Shown: piece by piece, positions 61,830-64,000 of the stretch
Position numbering within the stretch: position 1 is the stretch's first letter
Layout of the letters: each line of letters starts with the position of its first letter
Source: an uncultured Actinomycetes bacterium
GTDB taxonomy: Bacteria; Actinomycetota; Thermoleophilia; Gaiellales; F1-60-MAGs149
Direction of reading: 5' to 3'
Assembly: GCA_963779685.1 (NCBI GenBank)
Contig: CAVZZG010000003.1
Span: forward strand, 1,095,382-1,159,381
DNA length: 64,000 nt
Notes under the pieces: generated by a model
The model's input: the letters and a program-made list of their open reading frames with translations, nothing else
Told to the model about the DNA's origin: nothing
Database searches by the model: none
Translations under genes and position numbers: made by a program

Positions 61830-63788
61830 CTACCTGACCGAGCGGACGCTACGTGCGATCGCCCACATCGTGGAGTTCGACAGCGACTCCCCGAGCGTGT
61901 TCGACAGCCACATGGTCGTGCCGTTCGCCGTCCACGCGATGCGGTCGATGGCAGCGCCGTTCAGGTAGAGCCGGTAGGTGATGCCGTTCTGGACCTTGGT
62001 GCCGTTCGGTGCGTCGAGGATGGGCGGGTTCGACCACTTCAGCGCCTGGATCCCGAAGGCGGTCGCGCCCGGGTTGCTCGGCAGGTAGTAGGTGACGTGC
62101 AGCGCCCCCCCGCCGTGGAGGCCGTAGATGTGGAAATGCGGGTACGCCGGGAACTCGGGATCGCCCGTGACGGCCCCGGTCGGGAGCACCGTCGGCATCA
62201 TCAGCTGGAGCCGCGAGTGGTGCTCGGCGGACTTCCAGTCGGACAGGTCGCGGGTCGGGTTCGAGGTGACCTCGGCCTTGAGCCTCGGCGGCAGCGGCCG
62301 CACCGCGGGCTTCACCACCTGGTCGAAGGTCGAGCCGATCACCAGCACCACCTGCGAGGCGTCCTGCACCTTCCAGTGGGTCGTGTTGAGCCGGGCGATC
62401 ACCGCGGACGTGAGCGGCGCGGTGTCGGACGGCTGGACGGCCGCAGACAGCTTCTTCGCGGCGGCCAGGGCCGTGGCGTCGTTCGGGCGGTAGTAGATCT
62501 CGCTCTTGAAGTAGGTCGCGACGTCCGCGTCGCCGTTGGCCGTGGCCTTCGTCCAGCTGGCCTGGTTGAGCTCGCTCTGCGCGTTCGCGGCCGCGCCGAG
62601 CTGGCCGTTGCCGTTGCGCACCTCGACCGTGATCTTGGACGGATCGATGCCGGGCCCGGACTTCACCCGCTGGCCCGTCGCCTGCTGGGCGGCGCGCATG
62701 GCCTGGGTCGGGTCGGGGTTCTCGAAGGCGCTGCGCGCGGCCGCGACCTCGCTGTCGCTGATGTCGATCCGCCCGGGCTGGTACGCGTCGGCGGAGCCCT
62801 GGAGCCGGATCGAGATGACGTTGTTCATGTCGATCTGGCGCAGCAGGTTCATGTACGACATCAGCTGGTCCTCGCCCATGGGCTTCCGGCCGATGATCTT
62901 GACGTCGTCCTTGGCGATGTTGATCAGCGTGATCAGGTTGGTCGACAGCGTGGAAGGGTCGAGCTCGTGCTTGAGGGCGCGCATGAACCGCTGCTGGCGG
63001 GCCAGCCGGTAGAGGTCGCTGTCGGTGTGGCGGTAGCGCACGTAGGCGAGCGCCGAGGCTCCCCCGAGCTTCTGGTAGCCGGGGTGGATGTCGATCGACA
63101 TGTAGTCGCCGGCCGAGCCCGGGGCGTTGCCGGGGTTGATGTGGTAATACCGGCGCTCGACGTCGATGTAGGTGCCGCCGACGGCGTTGACGGTGCGGCT
63201 GAAGCTCTTGAAGTCGACGCGGGCGTAGTAGTTGGGCCGGATGCCGGTGGCGTACGCGACGGCCTGGATCGCGAGGTTCGGACCGCCGAGGGCGTAGTAG
63301 TTGGTGATCCCCTGCCGGGAGTAGCCGGGCAGCGCCACCAGCCAGTCGCGGGGCATCGAGAGCAGCGTCACGATCTTCTTCTGCGGGTCGAGCCTGGCCA
63401 GCATCAGCGTGTCGGAGCGGCCGTACTTGTCGCCCGGACGGGCGTCGGCGCCGATCAGCAGGAAGGTGGTCGGGGACTTCGGCGTGGGCAGCGCCCCCGC
63501 CAGCTGCTCCGAAGCGCCCTTGTCGATCACCTTGTCCGGGGTGACGATCTGCTGGTAGGCGCCGTGGAGGTAGTAGTAGACCGCCCCCGCGGCGGCGACC
63601 GCCAGGATCAGCAGCACCCCGAATGTCCACAGGGTGACCCGCAGCCAGCGGCGCTTGCGCTTCTTCCCGGGCGGCTCCGCCTTGTAGACGCGCATGGCTG
63701 CGCGAACGGGCGGCCCACCGTTGCCGCCGTCTCCAGAGCCGCCGCCTGGCAGGCGGACGGGCGACTGAGATGGCTTGGTCGTCTCCAC
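61830..63788 (-). CDS. LCP family glycopolymer transferase with LytR_C domain
   Basis: LLIGAD, RSDTLML, SMPRD, YVRYRH.DSD..R..RQQ, VRNG.G..G.A. Confidence 0.9.
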   Translation of the reverse strand: METTKPSQSPVRLPGGGSGDGGNGGPPVRAAMRVYKAEPPGKKRKRRWLRVTLWTFGVLLILAVAAAGAVYYYLHGAYQQIVTPDKVIDKGASEQLAGALPTPKSPTTFLLIGADARPGDKYGRSDTLMLARLDPQKKIVTLLSMPRDWLVALPGYSRQGITNYYALGGPNLAIQAVAYATGIRPNYYARVDFKSFSRTVNAVGGTYIDVERRYYHINPGNAPGSAGDYMSIDIHPGYQKLGGASALAYVRYRHTDSDLYRLARQQRFMRALKHELDPSTLSTNLITLINIAKDDVKIIGRKPMGEDQLMSYMNLLRQIDMNNVISIRLQGSADAYQPGRIDISDSEVAAARSAFENPDPTQAMRAAQQATGQRVKSGPGIDPSKITVEVRNGNGQLGAAANAQSELNQASWTKATANGDADVATYFKSEIYYRPNDATALAAAKKLSAAVQPSDTAPLTSAVIARLNTTHWKVQDASQVVLVIGSTFDQVVKPAVRPLPPRLKAEVTSNPTRDLSDWKSAEHHSRLQLMMPTVLPTGAVTGDPEFPAYPHFHIYGLHGGGALHVTYYLPSNPGATAFGIQALKWSNPPILDAPNGTKVQNGITYRLYLNGAAIDRIAWTANGTTMWLSNTLGESLSNSTMWAIARSVRSVR

Positions 63789-63874
63789 GTGAAGTTCGAG
63801 CCGGGCGCGGACCGGCCTCGGGCGGCCAGACGTTCCGCGGCAGTATAGCGTCGGGGTTTCGCCCCTCGGCCGGT

Positions 63875-64000
63875 CTACCCTGCGTCGCGGATGGCGCGGA
63901 CGGCGTTTACATGATCCCGCACCCAGGCTCTCGGGTCGGGAGTCGGATCGGCCACCTGAAGGCCGAGGTCTTGAAGGTACGCGACGACCATGGCCCTAGT
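63875..64000 (-). CDS. 3' end of a CDS truncated by the window edge
   Basis: Open frame ...MVVAYLQDLGLQVADP...DAG*; too short to identify. Confidence 0.3.
   Translation of the reverse strand, partial: TRAMVVAYLQDLGLQVADPTPDPRAWVRDHVNAVRAIRDAG

Overview
High-GC bacterial chromosome segment. The F420 genes, the MtrAB/GerMN-like cluster and the hpf...secA-prfB-ftsEX-rnr-smpB-ssrA order suggest a deep-branching actinobacterium (inference). Most of the window is housekeeping or metabolic: tmRNA 5' end, smpB, RNase R, ftsEX, frameshifting prfB, secA, F420 biosynthesis, pyk, beta-alanine/pyrimidine catabolism, hpf/comF, mtnA/ahcY and NDP-sugar genes. The outstanding feature is a minus-strand locus at about 23.3-29.1 kb that the ORF track misses. 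It holds 21 tightly packed tRNA genes (19 amino acids, several structurally non-canonical), two Y RNA-like genes interleaved among them, then rtcB, a tRNA-mimic YrlA-type Y RNA and a Ro60/TROVE gene. Upstream are a sigma70-like promoter, an apparently leaderless 36-codon uORF using 18 amino acids, and mutually exclusive antiterminator/terminator hairpins. I infer a translation-stress-attenuated tRNA replacement and RNA repair operon. Also present: a 462-aa LAGLIDADG intein at the catalytic Cys of UDP-glucose dehydrogenase, a RAYT transposase with REP-like arms between secA and prfB, two MITEs and a repeated LuxR-type operator. Frameshifts in secA, rsr, rtcB and a GGDEF gene suggest indel errors in the assembly. 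All RNA structures were folded by eye.
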